From Isurus oxyrinchus (lineage: Eukaryota), in the NCBI GenBank assembly GCA_026770705.1, contig JANJGN010000038.1, positions 7,626,001 through 7,690,000 on the forward strand: 64,000 nucleotides of DNA, written 5' to 3'. The translations under genes were made by a program, and so were the position numbers. Below, piece after piece: positions 49,540 through 61,243 of this stretch. The notes beneath the pieces were generated by a model. The model made no database searches. It was not told where the DNA came from and saw nothing but the letters and a program-made list of their open reading frames with translations. The first letter of the stretch is position 1, and the number at the start of each line of letters is the position of its first letter.

Positions 49540-50045
49540 ACCTTTGATGAGCTTAACAGCAACAATAACAGCCGAATCCAACTCCTGCACACCCTTGCGA
49601 ATTCAGAGGAGTTTCAGCCGGGTGAATAGCTGAATGATCCCTTCTCACATTCGAAGCAGTAAAACAGCCACTTCTCAGTCTGAAATCGATGATGCCCGAA
49701 TAAGTTGAAAGTGAGTCGTCTTTCGGCTACAAGCAAAAAATCGAACTTATTTCTATTCCCACTGAACCCAAGGTGGATCCACAAGGTGAGTGAATTTAAT
49801 GAAGCCCTATCCGTATGTGGAAGAGGTGAACGACCACACCGCAATGATGATGTTGATGTGAGCCCAAATGACATGGCTGTCTAACACTTCCGGCAGTGAG
49901 GACATTCGAACTGTTTATCACCATTCTGAACTAGCATGTGTACCTTAAGTCCTGATAAATTAATCGATCCTTTCCCCAGAGGTTGTGGATGCTTATTGAT
50001 TTCCTTTCTACAGTGACAACTAGAATGTGGAGAACAAGATGGCCT
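49540..50045 (-). pseudogene. decayed tandem C2H2 zinc-finger array (about 5-6 fingers)
   Basis: Frame-hopping translation: GHLVLHILVVTVERK / GKGSINLSGLKVHMLVQNGDKQFECPHCRKC / RQPCHLGSHQHHHCG / SFTSSTYG*GFIKFTHLV / NLFGHHRFQTEKWLFYCFECEKG, i.e. degenerate H-x3-H-TGEKPF-x-C-x2-C-GKGF repeats with stops and frameshifts. Confidence 0.75.
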
Positions 50046-50107
50046 TATAAGTGAGTCATGAACTAAGTGCTGAATCAGCCATTTTGTACAAATGGGAATT
50101 CAATGCA

Positions 50108-50129
50108 TTATATATATATATATATATAT

Positions 50130-50180
<51 letters not shown>

Positions 50181-50186
50181 ATATAC
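50108..50186. repeat. (AT)n/(AC)n microsatellite
   Basis: Read directly from the sequence. Confidence 0.95.
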
Positions 50187-50719
50187 ATCTTTGATTCCAA
50201 TATTGCTTTGGTTTTATGATCTTATATTTAGCCACTGGCTCTCCTTCCTCTCCTCCCAAAATGGGCTGAATTGGACTGAATTCTGTTGCTGGCTGTTCTC
50301 TCCCAAAAGCTGCAGTGTCTGGCTGGGATTAGTTGCACGTCTACCGCACCCTCAAACTGTTTTGCTGTCAAGATTCTGATTCTGACTGTGTTTAATCCTA
50401 TGCAGTCTTTCTTTAAGAAATAGGAGCTGGAATAGCTCATTTGGCCTTCCGAACATTCTCCACATTCAGTAACATTTTGGCTGATCTCTTATCTCAATCA
50501 AACATCCCACTCTAAGGCAACCCTCAATTCCCTCATGAGCCATAGCCTGAAGTCATTCAACGTCTGAACACCCACACCACCATGGGTAGAGATTAGTAAA
50601 GATTTACAACTATTCTCACATCGATCCAAATTCCTGGCCAGTTGTATTGAGATTGTAACCATTCACATCGAAATTCTCAGGCAGGACACCTATTTTCTTA
50701 CCTATTAAGGTATTTAAAA

Positions 50720-51380
50720 TGCAGGTGCAGCATGTAATCAAGAAGGCTAATGGAATGCTTTCATTTATTACGAGAAGATTTTAATATAAAGGTAAGGACG
50801 CTTTCCTTCAGTTACACAGAGCCTTGGTGAGGCCGCACCTCGAATGCTGTGTGCAGTATTGGTCTCCTTGTTTAACGAAAGGTGTAAATGCGTTGGAGTC
50901 AGTTCAAAGGAGGTTTATGGGACAAATACCTGGAATTAGCGGGTTGTCTTGTGAGGAGAGGTTGGACAGGCTAGAGTTGCTTCCACTGGAGATTAGAAGA
51001 GTGAGGTTTGATTAAAGGAGAGTAGGTCCTGAATGGCTTCGATAAGGTTGACGTGGAAGGGTGTTTCCCCTTGTGGGTGAGTACAGAACTGTAGGGCTCT
51101 GTTTCAAAATTAGGAGCCGCCCTGTCAGGACAGGAATGAGGAGATTTTTTTTCTCTCAGAGTGTTGTATTATTTTGTAACTCTCTGCCTCACAAGGCAAG
51201 GGAGGCGGGGTCACTGAATATTTTTGGATAGATAGATATTCTTCAGCCAGGGGATCAAATGTTATCCGGTTTATATGGGAATGTGGAAGGCGAAAAGCAA
51301 ATAAATTAGCCACGACCTTATTGAATGGTGAAGCAGGTCTGAGGGGCCGAATGGCCTACTTCTGCTTCTATTTTGCATGT
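50720..51380 (+). mobile_element. CR1 3' end
   Basis: ORF 50824-51015 (VRPHLECCVQYWSP...LESVQRRF); tail gaggggccgaatggcctacttctgc. Confidence 0.85.
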
Positions 51381-52225
51381 TTGTAAATCACCTCTGTTTC
51401 TTCTGAGCAGCAGGGGAAATCGGCCATGTCTACTCAATTTTGCTCACATGGAAATCCCTTAATCCCAAGAAGGAACAAAGACAGTTTTGTGAAACATTTT
51501 GCACGGTCTCTAATGGTCCCTTAGGTAAGGGGACAAAAACCGAAAATACTAACTCCGCATGCGGCCTGGTAGTGGGATTCCCGTGGTTATATACTGTCAG
51601 CCATCAGCATGCTCTCTTCCGTAGAAATGAGCCTCAACTGGTTCAGTTCTCCTGCATTTTAAAGCCTCACAATTATGGAAATGTTATGAGTGAACTTTTA
51701 TTTCGTCTTCATTTCGAGATCTTGCAGCAGCAGAAAACATCATTAGCATAAGGGGAATGCCAGTTTGGTCCCTTTTAATTTAATTTGTCTTTGTTGTTAA
51801 ACAGTCTCCGTTAAAAATTAAAAATTCAAAGACACATTCTCTTCTTGTATGTGATTCTTATCATTTTCTCTCTGTACATATTTAATATGGTGTCACAGCA
51901 ATAAATGCGAATATAATTTGGCATCATAAAATAAATCATGTTGCTTATAAGGAAATTTATCTTAGTGTCACAAGTGATAAATATGGTTATTTTTGACGTT
52001 AATGAGGCTCAGCCAATCCATTGCACCACTAGAATTTTATCAAAAGGGCCTGAGCAAGATTACTTTGGGAATAATTCTGGGTTAATAAACCGTCAGCAGA
52101 AGTAGGGTTTCTATCGCTGAGAGTGGTCAAGTGGGATGAAATAATGAGCCAGTGAAGGAAAAAGTGTTAGGGATAAAAGCAGAAGGAGGATTGTCAGACA
52201 GATTCGGGCTGAGAGACATAAATAG

Positions 52226-52775
52226 ACAGACGCATGCACACAGACACAATACATGCACAGAGAGAAACCAACACACCCACAGGCAGACATACACAAGCAA
52301 GTACACATAGACAGAGAGACAAACACACACACACCCACACACACACACATGTGTGTAATAGTTGGCATTATTTATTACGGCAGTGAAGCTCGCTCACAAA
52401 CACACATACACACAAATATACAAACAAACACACGCACAGACACATACAGGCACACATAGACAGGCACAAACACAGACACACACAGACACAGAAAGCACAG
52501 GCACATACAGACACACACACACACAGACATGTAGACACATAGACATACACAGACAGCCAAACACACACAAAAACACACTCACACCACAAACACGTAATTG
52601 TTAGCATTCTTAATCACGGCAGTGAGTCGCTCACACAAACAGAGACCGATAGACACACACATAAAAAGACACACACAGACAGACACAGGCAAACACACAC
52701 ACGTGCACAGACACAACAAAAACACAGACACGCAAACAATTAGATAGACACATGCAGGCACAGATGGGCAGACAA

Positions 52776-52812
<37 letters not shown>

Positions 52813-52835
52813 TACACAAATGCACACGCACACAG
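52226..52835. repeat. CA-rich compound repeat with an embedded ~42-bp core repeated at a period of about 239 bp
   Basis: Cores at 52355-52398 and 52594-52634 (gtaat.gtt.gcatt.tt.at.acggcagtga..tcgctcaca); partial third copy near 52872-52900. Confidence 0.85.
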
Positions 52836-53262
52836 GTAGAGACTGAAATGTGTGAAAAATGTCTTTTCGCAGCTCATTTATAATGACAGGCAGAGCGAAA
52901 ATAGCATCGTTCACTAGCTCAGGACGTCTCAAAACGTTTACAGCGAATAAAGCACTTTTGAGGCGTAGCCAGTGGTGTAATATATTTATCGAGACCGAGG
53001 GTACATTGCAGGCTGAGCAGATATTTAAGTAGCCTCTTAAAAATTATACATAAGCATGGAATCATTCGTTTCAATCTCACTACTTTGCTTGACACAGAGC
53101 CATACAATGCCAAACTTTGATGATTTCAAAATGTTTTTCAGTTAATGTTTCACACGTTCAGTGCTTTAAATCACAATAGGACTACGAATCCATCTCTAAG
53201 CAATCTCCAGTCAATAAAAGTTTAGCAGGTTTGTTTATCCTACTTATCATGTATCCAGAGAG

Positions 53263-53860
53263 GTCACTCTGATTTTCTCCATTGCTCTGGGCCCAGAGTC
53301 TCCTGCGGGCTCTATTGGACAGTAAAATGTGTCTGACGGTCAGAGCATTGAGCAGTAAAATCAGAATGAATGGAAGACAGGGCATTAAAATAGAACGAAT
53401 TAAATCATATGCAGCCCAAGCAGATGACGTATAAAACATTAATTTTAGGACACAGAACCAGGGCACATTGTTAATTATGTACATAGGTTCGTACACAAAA
53501 TGCAAGAAAGTGTTTTTACGCAGGTTAGTGTGCACACAGTTCCGATCACCCACACCGCTATCTCCTCAGTACAATATTTTATTTTCAGCTTGTAGCAACA
53601 AATGGCCATAAATCGATCAAAGGTGAAAGCAACGGTTAACCAGACAGAACTGTCTATGGCTATGTAAATTAGGACAATGCGGAGGCTGCATATTGGTGTG
53701 ATGGACAGGAAACTGGATGGGAAATAGATCCCAGAAATCCAGTTTAATATCATAGCTGTGACCATGACCATGAGATCCGTCACCGCCATAGACACCAGGT
53801 AGCAGGTGACACATTTAGAGAGATCACATCTTCTTCGAGACAGGATTACAATCAGGTTAG
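53263..53860 (-). pseudogene. GPR139/GPR142-like class A GPCR, exon 2 (TM1 end to TM5), frameshifted and truncated
   Basis: Acceptor tatattacag. ANLIVILSRRRCDLSKCVTCYLVSMAVTDLMV...SVWLTVAFTFDRFMAICC...; a 1-nt shift in the A5 run at 53513-53517; continues NTFLHFVYEP...PCLPFILILLLNALTVRHIL...GENQSD, then homology ends with no TM6/TM7. Confidence 0.85.
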
Positions 53861-54115
53861 CTGTAATATATAGAGAAAAAAAAGTGTGTGTGTGACAGTG
53901 ATAAACCTGGAAAGTTACTGCTTGGATTCCAACAAAAACATCCATGTAACAGGAGTTGGTGTGATATTTATACATCAGAGGTGTGATAGTGAGTTGCAAA
54001 GTACTATTTGCACTAGAATCAATTGAAATAATCATTCGAGTTAAAACAGATAGGTGGGCTGACTGTAATGGAATGCACAATAATATAATGAGAACCAATA
54101 GAGAAACAAGCAACT

Positions 54116-54152
54116 GCTCTGATGAAGAGCCATTCAGCCTCGAAATATTAAC
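54116..54152 (+). ncRNA. minimal hammerhead ribozyme motif in a solo Penelope terminal-repeat fragment (54110-54218) in the GPCR intron
   Basis: GCU-CUGAUGA-A-GAGC-CAUUCA-GCCUC-GAAA-UA-UU-AAC, followed by gatgctgccaggcctgttgaga as in the other copies. Confidence 0.6.
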
Positions 54153-55632
54153 TCTATTTCTCTTTCCAAAGATGCTGCCAGGCCTGTTGAGATTTGTTAG
54201 CATTCTCTATTTTATTTGAGAAATAAGTAATCATCGAAACACAACAAAACCAGCACAAGAATAACGAATGCGTAAGAAAATAACACACTGGCAAATAAAT
54301 ACGTGGACAAAAAAGGACAACCAACAACAGTTGTGGAAACGAATAATACATCGAACCACAACTCACGGATGGTCAACAGTTGTCACATCCAATGAATTGC
54401 TCTAAAACTGATCCTTTGGATAAAAGGAGACAGGCAACGTGATCAAAAATAAAATCAACCTCAGAAGAGAGACCGAACAATCAGCGTTTCTCTGACTTTG
54501 CAGAGGAAATGATGGGTATACACAGAGCTAAGCATGGCTTTTTCTGCTAATAATCACCCAGAATCTTCTGGTGCGATTCAAACCACTGAGAGTGGGAGAG
54601 AATGAGGTCCCATTTGCAACAAATAGACACTCCTACAATGTAGCACTTCCTGAGGGTTGCACTAGACCATCGATGAAAAATGATTATTTTTGGGCTTTCG
54701 TGGCTACTTGAAATCAAATCTCTGTGCCTTAGATGAGAAAGATGTGACCAGTTTGTGTCCTAAGTCAGTCTGGCCGTGAAAATGAAGATGGGAATGTTCC
54801 GGGATATTGCCTGCTGCTCGGAGCAGAAGGGAGTCCCAGATTCAGCACTCATAAATGTACAGCCACTAGCAGGAGCTAATGCGGAAGAAGAGTGCAGGGC
54901 TGAAGCAGCGAATGTCAGAAACTGAGAACCAAAAACACTGCTTTGTGCGACTGAGACAAATTCAATCATTCATCAAAGTGCTATTTTTACATTACATGTA
55001 TATTTATCAATACATCGAACACTAATAAGCTATTGCAGAATATATAAATTAATTAAATTCAATCAGAAATTGCTAAATGGGACAATTATTTCAATAATAT
55101 CTCACTTCTGCTAATTACACCCAACATTATTAACAGCACATTTTACATCGTGACAACATTAGGAGAAGGCACGTAAAGTAATACTGCCAGTAACACAGCT
55201 GAAGTACAATGACATCGTAAGATGATGGTGGTAAATGGGATGAACTGTATAATTAAACCGATTAAATAGGTCCAGCCTTAGGAAGTCAGCATATAATTAA
55301 GGAAGAGAAGTTTTAAAGTGAATGATCGATGCGAGCAAAGAGGAAAGCATCACATTGCTAAGAGAGAGATACTTAACCATCAATTTCGAGTAACTGTGTC
55401 AATAAAAGAAATCGCACCGTTAACATGGAGGAATGATACAGTTGTAGAGGAAAAATGGTGGAGAAATGGTGTCAGCTAATGTAATGAATTTATATCAATC
55501 AATGTGAAAATTATTTCCCATTAGATGGGAGAACGGATTTCAGGACCGTGTAGACACCCTACTGTTAAAATTGAAGGAATAATGCATCTAAACAATGATT
55601 CACAAAACTATGAAATAACAACAAAATTTTAC

Positions 55633-55702
55633 CCGGAATCCCGATAGCAGCAAGGACGGGATAGTAAATGGCAAACAACAGGCTTTTTGGTGAGACGTGC
55701 AT
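55633..55702 (-). pseudogene. GPR139/GPR142-like GPCR exon 1 (MHVSPKSLLFAIYYPVLAAIGIP)
   Basis: ATG 55702-55700, IYYPVLAAIGIP TM1 motif, phase-1 donor gtaaaa matching the phase-1 acceptor at 53860 (GIP-A-NL). Not in the ORF track. Confidence 0.85.
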
Positions 55703-57936
55703 TCCGATTAGGAACTCTGAGCAAGTTCTACCTTACATTGTAAGAAATCTCACCTTTATACCTAATCTCAGTCTCCAGGGAAATAATTAGATGGTTTGAT
55801 CTACCTAAAAATTTATTACCTTTTTTTGTAATAAACAGATTAATGCAGCTGCTTCTCGGCTGTTAATGTGTTGATCAATTCAATTTTTTTTCATGGAATC
55901 TGACTAGGCTCTGAACTAAAATGCCCAGAGGCTACAGCATGATTCCAGCTGCAAGTTTTTCTAAACAAAAAACGGACTGGACATTTTGCATCCGAGTCAA
56001 AGCAGCCATGTTTGCGAATGACCACGCTGTCTGCAAATTTGCCTTCTTCATTGGCTGACACGAAGATTTCAACCTTAGGTTGTTGTAGGGCCCACGGAGT
56101 AAAACATTGACGTAGACCAGCAGAGGGCCGAATTCATGGCGAAATCGCGCCCTCTTAAGTGGTAACGAACCCCAGACATGTGTCTTGCGGTCACTATTCA
56201 GCTCAAAAGCAGTTGCGTCTTTTATTATAACCTTAAATACATCTAAACACCATAAAGGTATTTTTCAAGATTCTGCAATTGGTTTACACATTTCAAAATA
56301 TTTTGAAAAGTGTTTGCATGCTTTTAAACATTAAATCATGCGGACGGGAAGACACCCTAAGCTCCAACCTGCGCCCTGACAATTGTTTATAAAGAGATCT
56401 CGGCAGCAAACTTGTACAGGGCCTCCCGAATCGCCTTGCGAGATTGTATGTTCATGTTCTTGATTAACTTTGAATGTTTTAAGGAGAACGTTTTATATTG
56501 CCTACAGATAATTTTGCATTAATTGCATTGGAAGGCATGAACAATGGAGTATTGGAGCAGTTGTAGACCATTCCAGCCCGGGAAATGTCCATTGACCATT
56601 ACTCTCTGCTGCTTATTGTTCACCCAATTTTGTATTCATTTTGCAATGTCTCCATTATTATATGAGCAGTTAATTTTCTCACAATTCTGATGTTTAGCAG
56701 TGTATCGAATGATTTTTGAAAGTCCATGTACACCACATCAAGAGCATTACCCCCATCGACCTTTTCTGCTACCTCTTCAAACAACTCCACAAGTTAGTTA
56801 AATACGATTTCCCCTTAAGAACTCGATGCTGACTGTTCCTTATCAACCCATACTTTTCCAGGCAGCTGCTAATTCTACCCCGAATATTTGATTCTACAAT
56901 CTTGCCCACCACCATGTTGAACTGACAGGCCTTTATTCGCTGGGTTTACCCTTACAACCATTTTTGAATAATGTTTGCAATTCTCCAGTCTTTCTGACAC
57001 CACCAGCCCCCGCGCCCGCCCCCTCCCCCCCCACCCAACACCGCCACCCCCCCACCACAGCCCTCCCCCCCCCCCCCACCCCCTGATTCAAGTGAAGACT
57101 GAAAATTTATGGTCAGTGCCCCTGCAGTTTCCAATCTCGCTTCGTTCAATATCCTTGGACGCACCTCATTGTGTCCTGGCACCTTGCCAGCTTTAAGTAT
57201 CGACATTCTATGCAGCACTTCCCTTATCAATTAGAACACTTCAAGTGGCAGCGTTTCCTTTTCTGTCACCAAGGCCTTGATAGCTTCTAACAGCTGGGTC
57301 AAGACGAATGCAAATTGTTCACATAATACCTCAGACATGTGTAAATTCCTTTTTCGCTCGCAAATCGGTCCAACACCTCCGTTTATACCCTTTCACTATG
57401 TTCAGGCCCAGAGAAGACTTAGTGACTCCCCTTTGTGTTGGCTGCCAGCCTTTTCTGGTAACCCCTCTTCATTTTTCTACTCTGTTTTTTTCATCTCCCC
57501 CCTGAATCTCCTCTATTCCTGTTGTTTCTCAATTGTCTGTTCGACCTATCATAAGCATATATTTTCTACTTCAACGTAAATGTTATCTCTTTATACATCT
57601 AGGGAGCTCTGGGTTTGTTCGTTTCACCTTTCCCTTTCATTGGGATACACCTTGACTGTGCGTGAACCAATTATTTTTTGAAGTTAAATCATTGTTCCAC
57701 TCTAGTTTCTTCTTTCCCCGTCAATCTTTCCTTCCAGCCTATCTGGCAGAGCTCCCTAAATGCCCCATCGAAGGCGGCTAAATATTCTTACTCCAGATTG
57801 TCTGTCGTCATTTTCTTTTATCATCCTAAAATTTACAATACAATGATCACTGTCTCCGAAGTGTTCCCCCACTGACACTGGATCTACTTGGCCCACCTCA
57901 TTTCCAGGAAACAGGTCCAACAGTGCTTCTTTTCTT

Positions 57937-60900
57937 AACAAAAACAAAATTACCTGGAAAAACTCAGCAGGTCTGGCAGCATCAGCGGAGAAGAAAAGAT
58001 TTGACGTTTCGAGTCCTCATGACCCTTCGACAGAACTTGAGTGAGTCCACGAAAGGGGCGAAATATAAACTGGTTTAAGGTGTGTTGGGGGGGGTGTGTG
58101 GTTTGGGTGGGGGAAGAGAGAGAGAAGTGGAGCTCGTTGGTGTGGTTGTAGGGACAAACAGGCAGTAATAGAAGCAGATCATCAAAAGGTGTCACAAACA
58201 ACAGAACAAAAGAACACATAGGTGTTAATGTTGGTGATATTATCTAAACGAATGTGCTAATTAAGAAAGGATGGTAGGGCACTCAAGGTATAGCTCTAGT
58301 GGGGGTGGGGGTGTATAAAAGATTTAAAAATATTTAAAAATAATGGAAATAGGTTGGAAAAGAAAAATCTATATAATTTATTGGAAAAAACAAAAGCAAG
58401 GGGGAAACAGAAATGGGGTGGGGATGGGGGAGGGAGCTCACGACCTAAAGTTGTTGAATTCAATATTCAGTCCGGAAGGCTGAAAAGTGCCTAGTTGGAA
58501 GATGAGGTGTTGTTCCTCCAGTTTGCGTTGGGCTTCACTGGAACAATGCAGCAAGCCAAGGACAGACATGTGGGCAAGAGAGCAGGGTGGAGTGTTAAAA
58601 TGGCAAGCGAAAGGGAAGTTTGGCTCATTCTTGCGGACAGTCTACAGATGTTCTGCAAAGCGGTCGCCCAGTTTACGTTTGGTTTCTCCAATGTAGGGGA
58701 GACCAAATTGGAAGCAACGAATGCAGTCGACTAAGTTGGGGAAAATGCAAGTGAAATGCTGCTTCACTTGAAAGGAGTGTTTGGGCCCTTGGACGGTGAG
58801 GAGACAGTAAGTGAAGGGGCAGGTGTTGCATCTTTTGCGTGGGCACGGGGTGGTGCCATAGGAGGGGGATGAGGAGTAGGGGGTGATGGAGGAGTGGACC
58901 AGGGTGTCCCGGAGGGAATGATACATGCGGAATGCCGATGGGGGGGGTGAAGTGAAGATGTGTTTGGTGGTGGTATCATGCTGGAGTTGGTGGAAATGGC
59001 AGAGGATGATCCTTTGAATGCGGAGGCTGGTGGGGTGATAGGTGAGGACAAGGGGGACCCTATCATGTTTCTGGGAGGGAGGAGAAGGCGTGAGGGCAGT
59101 AATGTGGGAAATGGGCCGGGCAGGGTTGAGGGCCCTGTCAACGAACATGGTGAAAAACGTCGGTTAAGGAAGGAGGAGGACTTGTCAGAGAAACTGTTTT
59201 TGAAGGTAGCATCATCAGAACAGATGCGACGGAGGTGAAGGAACTGAGAGAATTGGATGGAGTCCTAACAGGAAGCTGGGTGTGAGGAGCGATAGGCGAG
59301 GTAGCTGTGGGAGTCGGTCGGTTTGTAATGGATATTGGTGGACAGTCTATCACCAGAGATTGAGACAGAGAGGTCAAGGAAGGGAAGGGAAGTGTCAGAG
59401 ATGGACCACGTGAAAATGATGGAGGGATGGAGATTGGAAGCAAAATTAATACATTTTTCCAAGTCCCGACGAGAGCATGAAGCGGCACCGAAGTAATCAT
59501 CGATGTACCAGAGAAAGAGTTGTGGAAGGGGGCTGGAGTAGGACTGCAACAAGGAATGTTCCACATACCCCATAAAGAGACAGGCATAGCTGGGGCCCAT
59601 GCGGGTACCCATAGCCACACCTTTTATTTAGAAGAAGTGAGAGGAGTTGAAGGAGAAATTGTTCAGTGTGAGAACAAGTTCAGCCAGACGGAGGAGAGTA
59701 GTGGTGGATGGGGATTGTTCGGGCCTCTGTTCGAGGAAGAAGCTAAGGGCCCTCAGACCATCCTGGTGGGGGATGGAGGTGTAGACGGATTGGAGGTCCA
59801 TGGTGAAGAGGAAGCAGTTGGAGCCAGGGAACTGGAAATTGTTGATGTGACGTAAGGTGTCAGAGGAATCACGGATGTAGGTGGGAGGGGACTGGACAGG
59901 GGGAGAGAGAAGGGAGTCAAGATAATGAGAAATGAGTTCTGTGGGGCAGGAGCAAGCTGACATGATCAGTCTACCGGGGCAGTTCTGTTTGTGGATTTTG
60001 GGTAGGAGATAGAAGTGGGCCGTCCAAGGTTGGGTGACTATCAGGTTGGAAGCTGTGGGAGGGAGATTCTCAGAGGAGATGAGGTCAGTGACAGTCCTGG
60101 AAACAATGGCTTGATGTTCAGTGGTGGGGTCATGGTCCAGGGAGAGGTAGGAGGAAGTGTCTGCGAGTTGATGCTCAGCCTCCGCGAGGTAGAGGTCAGT
60201 GCGCCAGACAACAACAGCACCACCCTTGTCAGTGGGTTTGATGACAATGTCAGGGTTGGACCTGAGAGAATGGAGTGCAGTCAGTTCAGAGAGAGAGAGA
60301 TGAGAATGAGTGAGAAGAGCAGAGAAATTGAGATGACTCATGTCGCACCAACAGTTCTCAATGAAAAGATCAAGAGAAGGTAAGAATCCAAAGGGAGGGG
60401 TCCAGCTGGAGGGACAATATTGGAGGTGGGTGAAAGGATCCGTTGAACTGGGAGAGGACTCCTGCCCAAAGATGTGAGCCCGGAGACGAAGACGGCGGAC
60501 GAAGAGTTCAGCATCATGCCAAGCCCGAAATTCATTGAGGTGAGGGCGTAAGGGTATGAAACTAAATCCTTTGCTGAGCACTGAACATTCAGTATCGGAG
60601 AGGGGAAGGTCAGGGGGTATAGTGAATACACGGCTGGGGCTGGGATTAGAAGATGGGGTGGGGTCGGAGGGACAGGCAGGGGTGGAGGGTCCTAGATGGG
60701 TGTTGGTGTCGATGGATTGTTGGAGCTTGCGTTCCTTAGCACTTGAGAGAAAGAGAAAAAGTTTCTTGTTGAGGCGTCGGATGAGCCGAACAGTAAAATG
60801 AAACTGGGGGCATGCGCAGCTTTGAAAAAGGGTACGGCGGTGCTGCTGGAGGGAGAGGTCGAGTGTGTTCATATGGTGGCGCATGGCACTGAGTGTGGAT

Positions 60901-61243
60901 CTCAGAATGTGATGGGAACAGCAGTCCGAGAAACATTTTATGTCCCGGAGATACCTGTAATCCTGGGTGGGTTCGAAACATGAGGGGTGGAATTTCAGTT
61001 GAAATCCACGTGGGGTAAGTCGGAGATGGAGACAGTCACTGAGAAAGGAGATATGGCTGTGAAAGCGGCTTTTAGTAAACACCTTGTCAAACACCAGGAG
61101 AGAAATGGAAAGCAATGAATGTGAGCAAGGCAAAAGAGAGATACAGAAATCTTGTCGCAGAGACGGACAGAACTTCTTCAAGGAGGTAGGCATTTCTTGA
61201 AGAGCAGTGGCAGTCAATTAAACACAGAGATAAAAACAAAAAA
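57937..61243 (-). mobile_element. near full-length Penelope-like element (RT and GIY-YIG endonuclease), disrupted, with a 15-bp TSD
   Basis: ORF 59628-61217 (IKPTDKGGAVVV, FYLLPKIHK, FTMDLQSVYTSI), ORF 59265-59618 (AMGTRMGPSYA, YIDD, PFLDL), ORF 58642-59148 (NLVDCIRC...YIGETKRKLGDRFAEHL); TSD AGTGCTTCTTTTCTT at 57922-57936 and 61244-61258. Confidence 0.93.
58000..58036 (-). ncRNA. hammerhead-like motif in the Penelope terminal repeat (variant core)
   Basis: GUU-CUGUCGA-A-GGGUC-AUGAG-GACUC-GAAAC-GUC-AA; A6 is replaced by U, GUC cleavage triplet present. Confidence 0.55.

Noticed and set aside
52111-52932. Cys/Val-rich and His/Thr-rich ORFs
   Set aside because: Translations of CA/TG microsatellite sequence.
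53861-54203. Long N-terminus of the 242-aa GPCR ORF
   Set aside because: Intronic and includes a Penelope repeat; the real first exon is 55633-55702.
11167-57314. Other octamers (11167, about 23114, 41302, 44226, 57307)
   Set aside because: Several are expected by chance at this base composition, and most lie in retroelement relics.
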